Positions 11,624 to 24,115 are shown, numbered from the whole stretch's first letter. The stretch is DNA of 63,528 nt, filler included, from Asterionella formosa (GCA_002256025.1; 20 parts of 20 records of this genome joined end to end with filler, not necessarily neighbours in it); one strand, 5' to 3'. Notes: generated by a model from the letters alone, not told the origin. Numbers and translations: made by a program.

Positions 11624-11695
11624 ACATTCCTCAGACTGCACCTATTCTTCGGACACCTGTCAACGTCAACAGCCTAACAGACACATTCTGACATA
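11624..11695 (+). repeat. dispersed repeat R3, copy 1
   Basis: acattcctcagac...tcttcggacacctgt..ac.tcaacagcctaacagaca.a.tctga is shared with 56392-56460. Confidence 0.85.
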
Positions 11696-12340
11696 GCAAA
11701 AGGGGTGCTGATCAGGATTATAACAGAGATAAAAATTTATTATTTAATATCGAAAAAATTAGAATCATTACAAAGATACAATTCACAAATATATTTCAGT
11801 AATGGCAAAACAGGCAGCCTTTTTCTTCTTGTCTCCTCAAAAATGTGCATCAGACTCAGCAAAAAATAGCAATGGGCAGTTAATTATTACCATCTGCCTG
11901 ACAATCATCATTACTCAAATGCATGAAATAGTTAGCTACTGCTTTCTTTTTTCAAGAAATCCATTCATCACTGCTTGTTTCTCTTTTTTTGTTGCGGGAA
12001 GTTTCAATGGATTATGCTGTGTAAGAGTTCACAGCAGCATCAAGGAACATTTGAAAGATTGCAAAAACAGATGTAAAAGAGGGGCCCTATGCATGGCAAA
12101 TGAAAATGAGGTTTCCGCCAGCAAGCCAGCCAAGGCCAATAGAAAAGATTCAGCTCTGTATAAGTATGCTGATTTGTGCTGTTTATACCAGAACTTGCAT
12201 TTGATTTGACAGCATCAACTGTGATGGAAAGTCGACGAAGTAATTTCGGTAGGTGATTGAAAGCTTGAAAGGACATGTGATATTCTTAATCGCATGGATG
12301 CACTGGAGCTACTATAGAAGGGTATTTACAGCCTATCACT

Positions 12341-12584
12341 GGGAGAATGGCTTAGTTGTGGTTAGCACTCCTCACGAGGAGACGGTTTCGATTTCTGCAT
12401 TATCTGCCTGACTTCCTTTTATGTACTAGTCCCTAGGTTTCCGGTGTGTGTGGCTGACAAAGAGACAGGTCCTAGCTATTGTACCGTATTTACAAATAAA
12501 ACCAGCTCAAATCATTTCCATTCATGTGGGCACCAGTGCGATTATGGATGGTATAACATAATATAAGATTTATTTAACATTTTT
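12341..12584 (+). mobile_element. tRNA-derived SINE, full-length copy A
   Basis: Head gggagaatggcttagttgtggttagc...ggtttcgatttctgcatt (A/B boxes), shared body gacaaagagacaggt, AT-rich tail. Flanked by 18-bp TSD tatttacagcct(a/t)tcact at 12323-12340 and 12585-12602 (1 mismatch). Confidence 0.85.
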
Positions 12585-12771
12585 TATTTACAGCCTTTCA
12601 CTAAACCAAGAAAAAGGGATTATGAAGGCTTTCTTCAAGCATATTAGTCTGGACCTTTTACCATGTCATATGGATTCAATGTTCAAGCTGTTTGAAACAG
12701 TAAGAAGTAACAGAAACATGAACAACAAATGCAGCTCATTAGTTTTGCAATTTTTTACAAGTGATGAAAAT

Positions 12772-12930
12772 GGGGGATCGCTAACTTGGCTAGCATGCCT
12801 TCCAAGGTGGGATTCGATTCCTGCATTCTCCACTTGTCTTTCTTTTTCATGTAGTCATTAAGATTCTGGGTGCATGGGTAATAAAAAAGAGACAGGTCCA
12901 TTGTACTGTATGGACGAATAAAACCAGTAC
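12772..12930 (+). mobile_element. tRNA-derived SINE, copy B (head and body; 3' part diverges)
   Basis: ggattcgattcctgcattctccac...ctttttcatgtagtc...aaagagacaggtcc...gaataaaaccag aligns with copies A and C; no convincing TSD found. Confidence 0.75.
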
Positions 12931-13546
12931 TGATCCCATCATTCCAGCACCCAAAATCATTTTGTTTGTTCGGATGATACTGGGTTCTTCTTGGTAAGTA
13001 AGTATACAAACACCAGGACTGGCAACGCCAGGAAGCGCTACGCATTCCACCCTTCTAGCAAATGAGCGAGTAGTCTTAAAGCGCTTCATATAAGGGAAGT
13101 TAAATTTTAGAAGCGATGATAAGCATAATTACAAGAGTAGCAATAATAATTGCTGTTGATTACTCCTCCCAAAAATCATTTCCATCATTGTTGCTGTTCA
13201 AGACAAAAGTGGTGTCTTTGTTGATTAATTTAATTACATGACATACATTAAATTTATAAAAATAGTGTTGCCTACACTGTATCTGCAACGATACACACAG
13301 ATAAACATTTCGGCGCAGCAAAAAATGTGTTGCTGCAAGTACAAGCAACATGGCTGAGATACAAAAATTCGGGCTTTTATATTAGCAACATATTTTTCCT
13401 TTTTGTGTCTCTATGATTTAGGCCACCATAGAAAAGGCCGATTTTGTCGAATTTTTGGACAACAATAGCTCAACGTTGGCTAGGCCTGAAGGCAATTTAG
13501 ATACCTAGATAGTTTTCAAACAGTATCAGTACGGTATATTTCTTCC

Positions 13547-13877
13547 GGCAAGAAACTGCAGAAAGGAACTTCGGTTTTTACTATAGCAAATAAACAGATT
13601 TCCCCTGAGTTTTCTAGTCTTTTTAGCATAGTAGCTAAAAAAACTGAAGTTCCTTTCTGCAGTTTCTTGCCAGAGCGATCCATTATCCTGATGATATATA
13701 GAGTGGACCTACACCCCTACTTTGACAGAAGACTGTATGTAAGCATATGGAAAGGGTTTCTATTGGTGTAAGCTCCACAGAGCATTATATATATTTATTT
13801 TGTGAAAAATACGTGTTTGATTAGTCTGACTCAATATTATTTTTCTAGCCCTACCTCGAGCTAGGGGTTCAGATGCA
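13547..13877 (-). repeat. dispersed repeat R4 containing a 33-bp inverted repeat
   Basis: Arms 13547-13579 and 13639-13671 are reverse complements (1 mismatch). About 13600-13877 is the reverse complement of 59257-59553. Confidence 0.85.
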
Positions 13878-14081
13878 TTGAAAAGAGAATCTGTTTCCAC
13901 GAGAAAGCCCAAAACTGTCGTTTTGTTATCCCAGACAGATTCTTTTAAGCAGAAGCTAACTCGACCAAGATCTATAGGCCAGACGGCCTATGCTATATTC
14001 GTATTCAATCAAGCTCAAGATATAGCACTGTGCGCAACAAACTAAACCATCATTCTATCTATGATTTCTCTTTGAGTCAGT

Positions 14082-17000
14082 CTATGCACGAACAGCCTGA
14101 TTGAGGACCTCCTGGACACCGCGTCTACCAGCCTTACTCTTCTCACGTTTGAGTTTTGCCTCGCCATGTCGCAGCCACTCCACAGGGTCGGCTCCAGCCA
14201 GATCGACTAGACCTGTTTCCTTTAAAATATCTTGTTGACGACACAGCAGGCGAAGATAAGCCATGTCACCTTCCTTAGGCGGTGACCCATGAACTTGGAC
14301 GCATTCCTGAAGCATCATGAGTGCAGATCCCACCTGCTCACGTTTGGCATAGTATTCGATTAATGAGCCATAGGATGCAAGATCCATTTTGCGACCATCT
14401 GATTCAATCTTTTCCTTGAATTCCAAAGCGCGAGATAGGCGTTTGTTATTCACCAACATTTGTAAAACCAGTCGGTCACTGTATTCGTTAGGTTCAACAC
14501 CATACCCCTTGAATTGCTCGTCGTGCACGGCTAAAGCCCGGCCAACCTTTCCGGCACTTGTGACGACTTGGAGCATGCCATTCACCATATGACAGTCAAC
14601 GAGATTGTCTTCTTTGGCCTTTTGAACGCAAAAGTAGGCATTGAGAATGTTCCTTCTTTTCAACCAAGCATTGTCAACCCGGTTCGGCATATTCTCTCTC
14701 AGAAGTGGAACCAATGTTATCATTGATGGGTAGCTTAATGTTGCAGCAAAGGCTTCGCGAACTTTGACGAGTCTATTTCGAGGCATTCCAGGTAGGACCG
14801 CCTCGAGATCCTCCAAGTCGTAGTCTAAGGCTGACTTTCCTTCAACAATAGACGCCATATCCTTGCTATTGTCACTTTCAACTGGGAACGATGCCGATAC
14901 GTCTTCGCCATTTCCACCAGACATTTGATCGTCAACAGAAACGGAATCTTCATCTGAGGGTGCGTTGAACAGATTCGCAATCATGTTGTCAAAGTCATCC
15001 TCCGTGTTTCCACCAGGTTTCATATTTGTGAGCAACTTCTCAATTTCAGGATTTTTCAACATGCTTGCCATTGTGCCATCTGGATCGTAAAAACCAGCGG
15101 AGCCTCCCATCTCTGGAGTTTTCTTCAAGATATCATCCAGCTGTATATTGGGTCTATCTTTCCCTAAATATTCCGATTTCGATGCGCGCTGCTCATTGAA
15201 ACTTGCGTCTTGGATTGTTGTCATCTTACGAATTTTAGTTTTGGAAATTTTTAAACCCAACGAACACGTAGCTTCTTCGGCGAAGTCAGGATCAGTTGCC
15301 ACTTTCTCGTCAAACTCTTGTTTCATGGATTTGTACATCTCTCGGGCATCCTCCTCAGGCATGACTGATCCACCCATTTCACTTGACATCAGAGTCTTGA
15401 AGTGTTCATATGTGAATGAGCTTTCATCATCTTCAGCTTCGTCAAACAGAGAATTGTTCTATAAAGTGGGGGAAGAGGATAAAATGTGAGTGTGGAAGCC
15501 AATAACGCCCAAGTTTCGGGAGGTGAAGGATGAGAGATCGTGTCTTCAAATATTATTCCCATGCATCGATCCAGTGAGAACAATGACTAGGCTCAATAAA
15601 GAGAGTGTTCCGCTGGCAACGTGCAAGTTAAGCATGGGATTGTAATGGAAACAAATACTGTTACTCACCGTCGCACTGGGCCGTTTGTTTGATGTTTGTG
15701 CTGCAGAGAGTTGCCCTTTACTTGCTTGGGCTTCTTTTTCAAACATGGTGAGGCTAGCTTGTACTGCCTTAGGACGGGTCTTCCACTTCATTTCATCTTG
15801 GTCGAAGTAGTACTCCTCCTGCACTTCCTCTGTTTCAGATGTGTCAATTTCTAAAGTGGTGGTCGTGTTGCTACGTTTTGATACCTGAGTTTTCTGCTCA
15901 GCAATGACTGCCTTAGGATCCACCATTCTCGATTTCCATTTCATTTCATCTTGATCGAAATACCACTCCTCTTTCGGCTCGGTAACTTTCGGTGTCATCA
16001 CTTCTGGCTCTGAAATTTTCGGCTCCACAACCTTTGGTTTGTCCACGACCCTACCAGTTCGATTGCTTGGCGTCCTGAATGCCCATTCACTGGCCTTCTC
16101 ATCCCACACGAAACCTCCTTCTTCTTCAAGCCCTGTCCGTGGTACGACTTTTCCAGACTCAGCATTGTAGTACATACTGTTGGCATGTTGGATTATTTCG
16201 GGTATTTCCTCGTCGACATCCCCTTCGTCGAGCATAAAATTTGGGTCGGGCATTCCTGTCCAATCGCGACCTTGAATCAAATGAAGACGCCGCATAGTTT
16301 CTTCGTGGCTATCTTCAATGCGTTTCTGATAATCGTCTTCGTACATTTTATAGAACTGGGGATCAATTGTATCCATGTCAAATCCCCAGTCCGGGTCTTC
16401 TTTGCCGCCTTCGTACTTGGCTCGACGCAGGCGCTTCGACATTTCTTCAGCCCCTTCGTCTTGAAGATTCATACCACTCAATCCCACCTCTGTTCCACTT
16501 GTTCCGGGAATGGTATTGTCGTGGTACTGCGGTTTTTGGATGGAAGCAATGAGTCGAAGCGAGTTTTCGTGAAGGTAGCCCTTGTTTTCCATACCACTCC
16601 ACATGTCACCCATACCCTTTGGATCAATGGCAGACGCGCATGCCTTCATCAATGCTGTAAGGACACGATTGTCTTTTCCGCCATACTCCCTTTCTTCAAA
16701 GGCAGTCCGGCTCTTGCGAGCGTTCATTAGCGAGGCAACGGCGGGACTTACGTCGCCAGCGTCGGACAAAGCAACATCCTGACCATCCCCAGTCCAATTC
16801 TGTACTGCATTCCCTGGCATTACCATGTGCTTGACACCTCCACTCACTTGTGCCAGTCCATTGACAATATCTTGCTGTTCCAATCCTGTCCCACGTAATG
16901 CCGCTAAATGTGATTCAGGTCCAATAGTTCTTAAATGATCCATCCGTCTAACTTCACTTGCCAACAAAATAGCCTTTGCCGTAGCCGAGTCTCCTGCTGC

Positions 17001-18470
17001 GGCGGCACACAACATGAGTGCTGCAACAAATCCATCGTCTTGCACCACTTCTGCTTGTTCCGCCTTGATAACAATATCTCGGGTCATTCGACCGTGATAG
17101 AGGGTAAGTTTTTCTCTACGTCGGAATCGTCGTGAGGCCCCATTCTCATATCTAATGGAAGTTTCATGAGATCTTGCTACAGCCTTAAGGGCGGCAGTAA
17201 AACACAGGGTAGTTGGCTTGACCTTAAATTGTCTCATTTCATCCAATATGTTAATGGCTTGTTCTGCTCGTCCCTGTGCGGCCAAAAGTCTTAAAATGGC
17301 ACCATAAGCCATGGGATCGGCGTCTATTCCATTGATCCGCATTTGCTTCCATTTTTCCCATCCCAGCTTTCCTGCTTGAGCCCGAATACTTGACGCTACA
17401 TGTCCCGCGTTGCACACTTTGAAACAAGCAGCCAGCAAGGAAGTGTACGCCGGTAGATCTGGTGGAACTCCGGCCTCCTTCATTTGGTCCATCACTGAGT
17501 TGCATCCTTCAAAGTCACCAATACGTGCATGTATATCAATTAAAATGGACCAACTGTAGACGCAAATGGGTACATCACGTTGAGTCATGATCAACATTAC
17601 TTTTGCGGCTTCCTTGGGTGTTTTGCAGCAAGTCAGAAGAGTAGTATAGCACTCTTGACCAAAAAGGGTGGTTGGAATCTTCAATTCTTCGATAACGTGA
17701 TTTAATGCATTGTGCAGTCCAATGGGCTTTGCTTTAGTACCGTTCTTGTCGCGGTACGCCCGAAGGACAAGGGCCACTTGTCGATCGCTGGGCGGGGGGA
17801 CTAGTGGAATGGCCGCCTTTTGTTCGTCAGTGGCCGCAACCAGTTGCTTGGCTGAGAATTTTTCGTAGCGCGCCATGGTTTTCTGTACCTTTTTGAGCAG
17901 TCGGCCGTGATAGTCTCCCAAATACACGGGTTCCGGCGACGGCGTCGATGACAGGTGCGCCGTGTTGCCCATCAAATCATCGAGTAGGGCGTCACTGAAT
18001 CCATATTCTCCTCCTCCCAAGGCCGACGTTTCCTCTTCTTTTTTGCCGCCTCTCTTCCTCCATTCGATCAGTTCTTGTGTTTGTTGCTCGACCCACTGTC
18101 GCCTGGGACCTGCCGTGGACCCCGGTGCTCCGTGCTTCCCCTTCCTTTCAAATTCCACTGCGGCCTTTCGTCTGTTTTCTTTCTTGACTCCCTTTTTGTT
18201 CACCTTACGTTGTTTGAAGAAAGATTTGCTACCGTCGTTACGTTTGAACCGGAATTGTGTATGGCAGTGCAGGTGATTGGTGGTGATGGGAGACGACGCG
18301 AGTGTTGGCACAGCGATTGCAATGGAACTGTAACATCGACGACGCAGTTCATTGATGGATGTTCTTGTTTGGATTTCGGCAGATCCTCTGCTACTGCTGC
18401 TGAACAGTGACAAACTATGAACCGATAACGGAAGTCTTCTCTTTGTTGCAGCCCGTGAGATCATCATCAT
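14082..18470 (-). CDS. pentatricopeptide-repeat (PPR) protein, about 1392 aa, probably mitochondrial, 2 exons
   Basis: Exons 18470-15669 and 15458-14082 (gtgagt...ttatag, phase 0) join the two long ORFs. PPR motifs (VYSWSILIDIHARIGD, LPAYTSLLAAC, MAYGAILRLLAAQG, LASYGSLIEYYAK); Arg/Ser-rich N-terminus. Confidence 0.9.
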
Positions 18471-19173
18471 GGTGAGTCGCTTTTTGATTTGGAAGCATGT
18501 CGAGATGTATTTGATTTTGTTATGGAATATTATACCGGTAGTAGCAGTAGCATTCTTCCTCGGTATTAATTTAACGAACGGTGAGATTCGATCCCCAAGG
18601 AGAATGATTGATGGCTGGTGGTACCTGGTACCTGGTAGCACTAGCCATGGGCGGTACCAGGTAAAGGTACCTAATCATACATACAGCTACCGGTACTACT
18701 ACATACCGGTACATACATCTAGGTACGGAGTACCTTAGTAGCAGATGCAGAGGCACGGACAGCCATCGATTCTTCGTCTTGGGCTGATTCCAAGCACGAT
18801 GGCGGACGGACGAGATCCAGACAATCCACCATTGCCTGTCATGGCATCACCCGACTCAGCTTTTATGACCTGAGATGTGACAATATATTTCTGAAAAATA
18901 TGGAATGTTTGCTGTTCTTCCTCACTGATTGATGGTGAGTCCTTGATGATAGTAGCTGTTGTTACTGTTGAAGATGTTGTCATTGGAAGTCGAAGCCAGG
19001 GCCTAAATTGAGATTTCTTGAACACAGAGAACTCCATGCCTTTCTTCCTTTTCTTGAACTTGTTTTCAAAAAAAGCGACTGACAGCGTGGTGCAGCAGCA
19101 GCTGCTGCCTTCTTGTTGTTATGTTAACCTGCAAAAAATGTCAATTAAATTTTATAGTAAGACATTAAAGCTA

Positions 19174-19789
19174 CCGTATACTTCATTGTCCTGGACCCCC
19201 TATACATTTTTCGAGGTGGCACCAAATACCCAATAATTTTCTAGACATAGACAGAGTAATGTGCTACATCTAAGCCGCGTATTACGTGAAGTGACCATCA
19301 CGTAAATAAGCCTAGTTGATTTTGAATGGATCACATGAATTAGTTGAATACATCAAAATGCTTACTTGAATATATCTATATATTATCTGAATACATCACG
19401 TTAATTATTTGATCAGAGTATCATGCATGCATTCCTGATCATCACTATATTACGTGATCACCTTCACATAATTATTTGAAATACTTCAATTAATTCTGTA
19501 ATTCAGTTCACATTGCCTTAAATTTTTGTTCACGTAATGGTTCACGTAATTTATTAAATTTTTTTACGTATTTTATAAGTACTATCAAATAATGTTGATT
19601 ACTAATTCACCAACCGGTATTTCACATAACATGGGAAACAAATCTCGATATGCAATCAAACGAAGCAGTTCTTTCAGAATGGCATCTTCAGTCTTGAGAA
19701 GGCAGGCATTATGAGAAATCTGTAAGGACAATGCAAGACAAACAGAAGCCATGCATTCTGAATGAAAAAATCATTCATTCTTGAAGAGG
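19174..19789. mobile_element. left end of a TA-flanked TIR element (pogo/Tc1-mariner-like) with subterminal TCACGTAA repeats
   Basis: TA|ccgtatacttcattgtcctggaccccc matches 25/27 to the reverse complement of 34466-34492|TA; followed by tcgag(g/a)tggcaccaaa, also seen at 33915; truncated by the contig end. Confidence 0.65.
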
Positions 19790-19889
19790 NNNNNNNNNNN
19801 NNNNNNNNNNNNNNNNNNNNNNNNNNNNNNNNNTTAATTAATTAANNNNNNNNNNNNNNNNNNNNNNNNNNNNNNNNNNNNNNNNNNNN
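19790..19889. other. artificial contig linker N44-TTAATTAATTAA-N44 (first of 19)
   Basis: Identical 100-bp spacers start at 19790, 21117, 22444, 23771, 43658, 44984, 46302, 47628, 48954, 50280, 51605, 52930, 54255, 55580, 56905, 58230, 59554, 60878 and 62202. Confidence 0.99.
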
Positions 19890-20012
19890 CCTACATAATA
19901 TATAGTATTTACATTATTTGTTTACAACCTCATAATTTGTTATCAACTGTTTTATGTAGTGCTAGCTAGTTCCATAAATTGCATTTTAACATACATTACT
20001 AGTAAACCAGAG

Positions 20013-20476
20013 AGGAGGATACAACAAGGGATTTCGGAGCAGATTCTCCGCTTGTGTTGAACCCGACAGATGCCATTATTGATGAAGAAATCTTGAAATC
20101 AACTCAAGTGCAAAACGCATGGGGAAAGATCAAAGCATACCTGAATGGTGTACCTTTAGTCAAAATGAAAGCTGCCTTGGAGACGGAACCGCAAACGGAT
20201 GTGGGGCCCTACTTGCGCAAGGAATTTGACTCTGTGGCACTCCGAACGTCGCTCAATACAAGTCAATACAAGTCAATCAATTCAGCCTTTGATGAAGACA
20301 CACAGCGTGGGACGGATCGTTTGATTCGAAAAATTATGCAAGATATTACGGAAGGAGAAACAAGCAATAGACAAAAGCCAGGAGTGCCTAGAAGTGACAT
20401 TCGATTGAACATTATGAAAGGCAAGCTCGACAAGTTGGCCAAGGCCTTTGGAGATTATTTGGCGTTTCCATCATAA
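20013..20476 (+). pseudogene. degraded copy of a conserved algal helical plastid protein (tentatively Psa29/PsaS-like PSI subunit)
   Basis: FDEDTQRGTDRLIR..MQDITE and KLDKLAKAFGDYLAF recall a conserved diatom plastid protein (identity from memory, uncertain). No ATG or presequence, apparent frameshift near 20035, internal duplication caatacaagt-caatacaagt near 20274. Confidence 0.45.
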
Positions 20477-21216
20477 ATCAGATAATGCGGGAGTGAAGGA
20501 ATATGTTACTAATTGCGATTATGAACAAACGAAGCTCTAGACACGTTAGAATATTATAACCCAAAGTAATAACCACAGAAAACATGCTATTAATCAAGCT
20601 TGTACATTTAATTATCAGGTAAAGCTGCGAGTCAAATGAATAATTCATTCATAGAACCACCTGACTAGGAGCACAGCAGGAGGCGCTGACGAGAGCCAGA
20701 GCTTTATCATTATATCATCGTGAGGGTGAGTCCTAGTGATGCACGAACTCGAGAACCGCGAGCACCAGCACACAATCACCACTGTAAAAAGTTAGTGGAG
20801 TGGAGTGCTGATTGAATGCAAGGCTTGTCAGAAAGCCATCGCAATGGTCAGAAAAACTACCGTCTCTACCAGTTGGAAGGATTCAACATTCTCTTGAACA
20901 AAAAGATATTCATTCTGGAGTTGATCATTTCTAGGAATATTGGAGAATCCATAAGAGTTTTTTGCTCATCCGTTGACTTCTCGGCCCATGGTAAAGGAAG
21001 TATACCAGCTGAACAGAATGGGCTCCAATTTTTTTCCATCACAGATTTTACCAAGTTTGATTCCGTATCAGTGCATACATATGGAAACGATTCCATCTCA
21101 TTAATTATTGATGAGANNNNNNNNNNNNNNNNNNNNNNNNNNNNNNNNNNNNNNNNNNNNTTAATTAATTAANNNNNNNNNNNNNNNNNNNNNNNNNNNN
21201 NNNNNNNNNNNNNNNN

Positions 21217-22443
21217 GTGATCGCCCGATGTAAATTATAACTACAACGTATCCTGGAAACCAGCTCAACTCTATGCTATCATGTGAATTGTTTCATCGTA
21301 AATCTATTGTAAACATGATCATAATTCTAATCACAAGCATTGCTCAAAATAGATTGAAATGGATCGTAATTTAACTATCAAATTAAGCAATGCTATCTAT
21401 TAATCTACATGCCAGCGACCCAACGTTTCTCTCTCTACTCGGCTCAATGTATATCCCTTTCTCGCTCTGTCTTCCTCTGATCTGAATCGTGTGCGAGGCA
21501 GTGCCCTACTGATGCTGCGTCTCTTTCCCTGCTGTAAGTGTCATTCTGAACTTGCCGACTATTCCGTTGTTTGATTGTTTTTATTTTCCTATGCATGCTG
21601 TTACGGTTACAATGAGAAGGAATGGTTTGTTAGCTAGTCATGTTTATTTTCCTATGCATGCTGTTACAGTTACAATGAGAAGGAATGGTTTGTTAGCTAG
21701 TCATGTTACATTGACACAAGAACACGCAATTCCATCGTATCCTCTTGCTTCACTTACCACAAATCAATGCAACTGATGCATAAGTCTGTAATAGTAACTT
21801 GTCAGTAAGCCAAATTCTTGAATAAGTAAGTTTCGGGTATCCAATGTTGTGGAATAAAACTTACCGATTCATTTTTCTCATCTTAACTTTGAGAGAATAT
21901 AAACGTTTTGTTAGTTTTGTTCCAACAGAAGTGAACAGGTCCAACGAGCGACAAGAGCACTTATGCAATTTGGTTTGGTTTTGTTTTACATTGGTGCTCC
22001 CCAACAAGCGAAACGAGCTGTTGAATCAACTGAGAAAAAAGGAAATGTGGCTGCGATTAGTTAACAATTTGTTGTTTTGCTGCCTGTCTCCCAACGATTG
22101 TCATCCAAGTACCACATTGATGGCTTCATTACCTTAGACATTCTCCATCCTTCGAAGGCGCAATGTGTCGAAGTCACAATGTTTTTCGTTATGTATTGCG
22201 AAAACTTTCTTTTCTTGTCATGTGCTTTACTACGATGTATCTTTTCATGAAGCAGCAGGCATTGTCTGTTAACATGACAGAAGGATTTCAAAAATATATA
22301 TGCCATGAATATAGAAATAAAATTTGTAAATATATATATATATATAAAATTCAAAGGCGCTCTCGATATGGAACATCTGATATGGTTTAAATGATCATAC
22401 TCGCATATACATAATTCGAAAATACTCAATGCATTATATGTTC
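21217..22443. repeat. contig nearly identical to 22544-23770 (haplotype or repeat copy); contains a 63-bp tandem duplication
   Basis: Same length (1227 bp), same ends, about a dozen substitutions. 63-bp unit duplicated at about 21579-21706. Confidence 0.95.
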
Positions 22444-22543
22444 NNNNNNNNNNNNNNNNNNNNNNNNNNNNNNNNNNNNNNNNNNNNTTAATTAATTAAN
22501 NNNNNNNNNNNNNNNNNNNNNNNNNNNNNNNNNNNNNNNNNNN

Positions 22544-23770
22544 GTGATCGCCCGATGTAAATTATAACTACAACGTATCCTGGAAACCAGCTCAACTCTA
22601 TGCTATCATGTGAATTGTTTCATCGTAAATCTATTGTAAACATGATCATAATTCTAATCACAAGCATTGCTCAAAATAGATTGAAATGGATCGTAATTTA
22701 ACTATCAAATTAAGCAATGCTATCTATTAATCTACATGCCAGCGACCCAACGTTTCTCTCTCTACTCGGCTCAATGTATATCCCTTTCTCGCTCTGTCTT
22801 CCTCTGATCTGAATCGTGTGCGAGGCAGTGCCCTACTGATGCTGCGTCTCTTTCCCTGCTGTAAGTGTCATTCTGAACTTGCCGACTATTCCGTTGTTTG
22901 ATTGTTTTTATTTTCCTATGCATGCTGTTACAGTTACAATGAGAAGGAATGGTTTGTTAGCTAGTCATGTTTATTTTCCTATGCATGCTGTTACAGTTAC
23001 AATGAGAAGGAATGGTTTGTTAGCTAGTCATGTTACATTGACACAAGAACACGCAATTCCATCGTATCCTCTTGCTTCACTTACCACAAATCAATGCAAC
23101 TGATGCATAAGTCTGTAATAGTAACTTGTCAGTAAGCCAAATTCTTGAATAAGTAAGTTTCGGGTATCCAATGTTGTCGAATAAAACTTACCGGTTCATT
23201 TTTGTCATCTTAACTTTGAGAGAATATAAACGTTTTGTCAGTTTTGTTCCAACAGAAGTGAACAGGTCCAACGAGCGACAAGAGCACTTATGCAATTTGG
23301 TTTGGTTTTGTTTTACATTGGTGCTCGCCAACAAGCGAAACGAGCTGTTGAATCAACTGAGAAAAAAGGAAATGTGGCTGCGATTAGTTAACAATTTGTT
23401 GTTTTGCTGCCTGTCTCCCAACGATTGTCATCCAAGTACCACATTGATGGCTTCATTACCTTAGACATTCTCCATCCTTCGAAGGCGCAATGTGTCGAAG
23501 TCACAATGTTTTTCGTTATGTATTGCGAAAACTTTCTTTTCTTTTCATGTGCTTTACTACGACGTATCTTTTCATGAAGCAGCAGGCATTGTCTGTTAAC
23601 ATGACAGAACGATTTCAAAAATATATATGCCATGAATATAGTTATAAAATTTGTAAATATATATATATATATAAAATTCAAAGGCGCTCTCGATATGGAA
23701 CATCTGATATGGTTTAAATGATCATACTCGCATATACATAATTCGAAAATACTCAATGCATTATATGTTC
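22544..23770. repeat. contig nearly identical to 21217-22443
   Basis: Colinear end-to-end match. Confidence 0.95.
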
Positions 23771-24115
23771 NNNNNNNNNNNNNNNNNNNNNNNNNNNNNN
23801 NNNNNNNNNNNNNNTTAATTAATTAANNNNNNNNNNNNNNNNNNNNNNNNNNNNNNNNNNNNNNNNNNNNCGTCTTGTACTATTTATCTAGTAGGTACTA
23901 GATGCAGGTGCTAGGATTCGGACACAAAAACATTGCAACTAGCTACTACTGGCTTCCTGCCTGTTTGTTGGAACAGAAAAACTGCCAGCCATCCTCACAT
24001 GACTCTATATTTCTCTAATAATTGCACTTTTTCGCAACAATTGCGTTACTCTCCTCTTCTCTCTTTCCTTTCTCCCTTCGAGACTTCTTTCTCGCTCAAG
24101 AACAGACCAGCCAAG

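Noticed and set aside
18735..19037. 100-aa ORF upstream of the PPR gene
   Set aside because: Non-ATG start, no recognisable domain or splice link.
19834..19845. Recurring TTAATTAATTAA palindrome and ORFs ending in X...LIN
   Set aside because: Artificial stop-codon linker between contigs; ORFs crossing it are artefacts and no synteny can be inferred across it.
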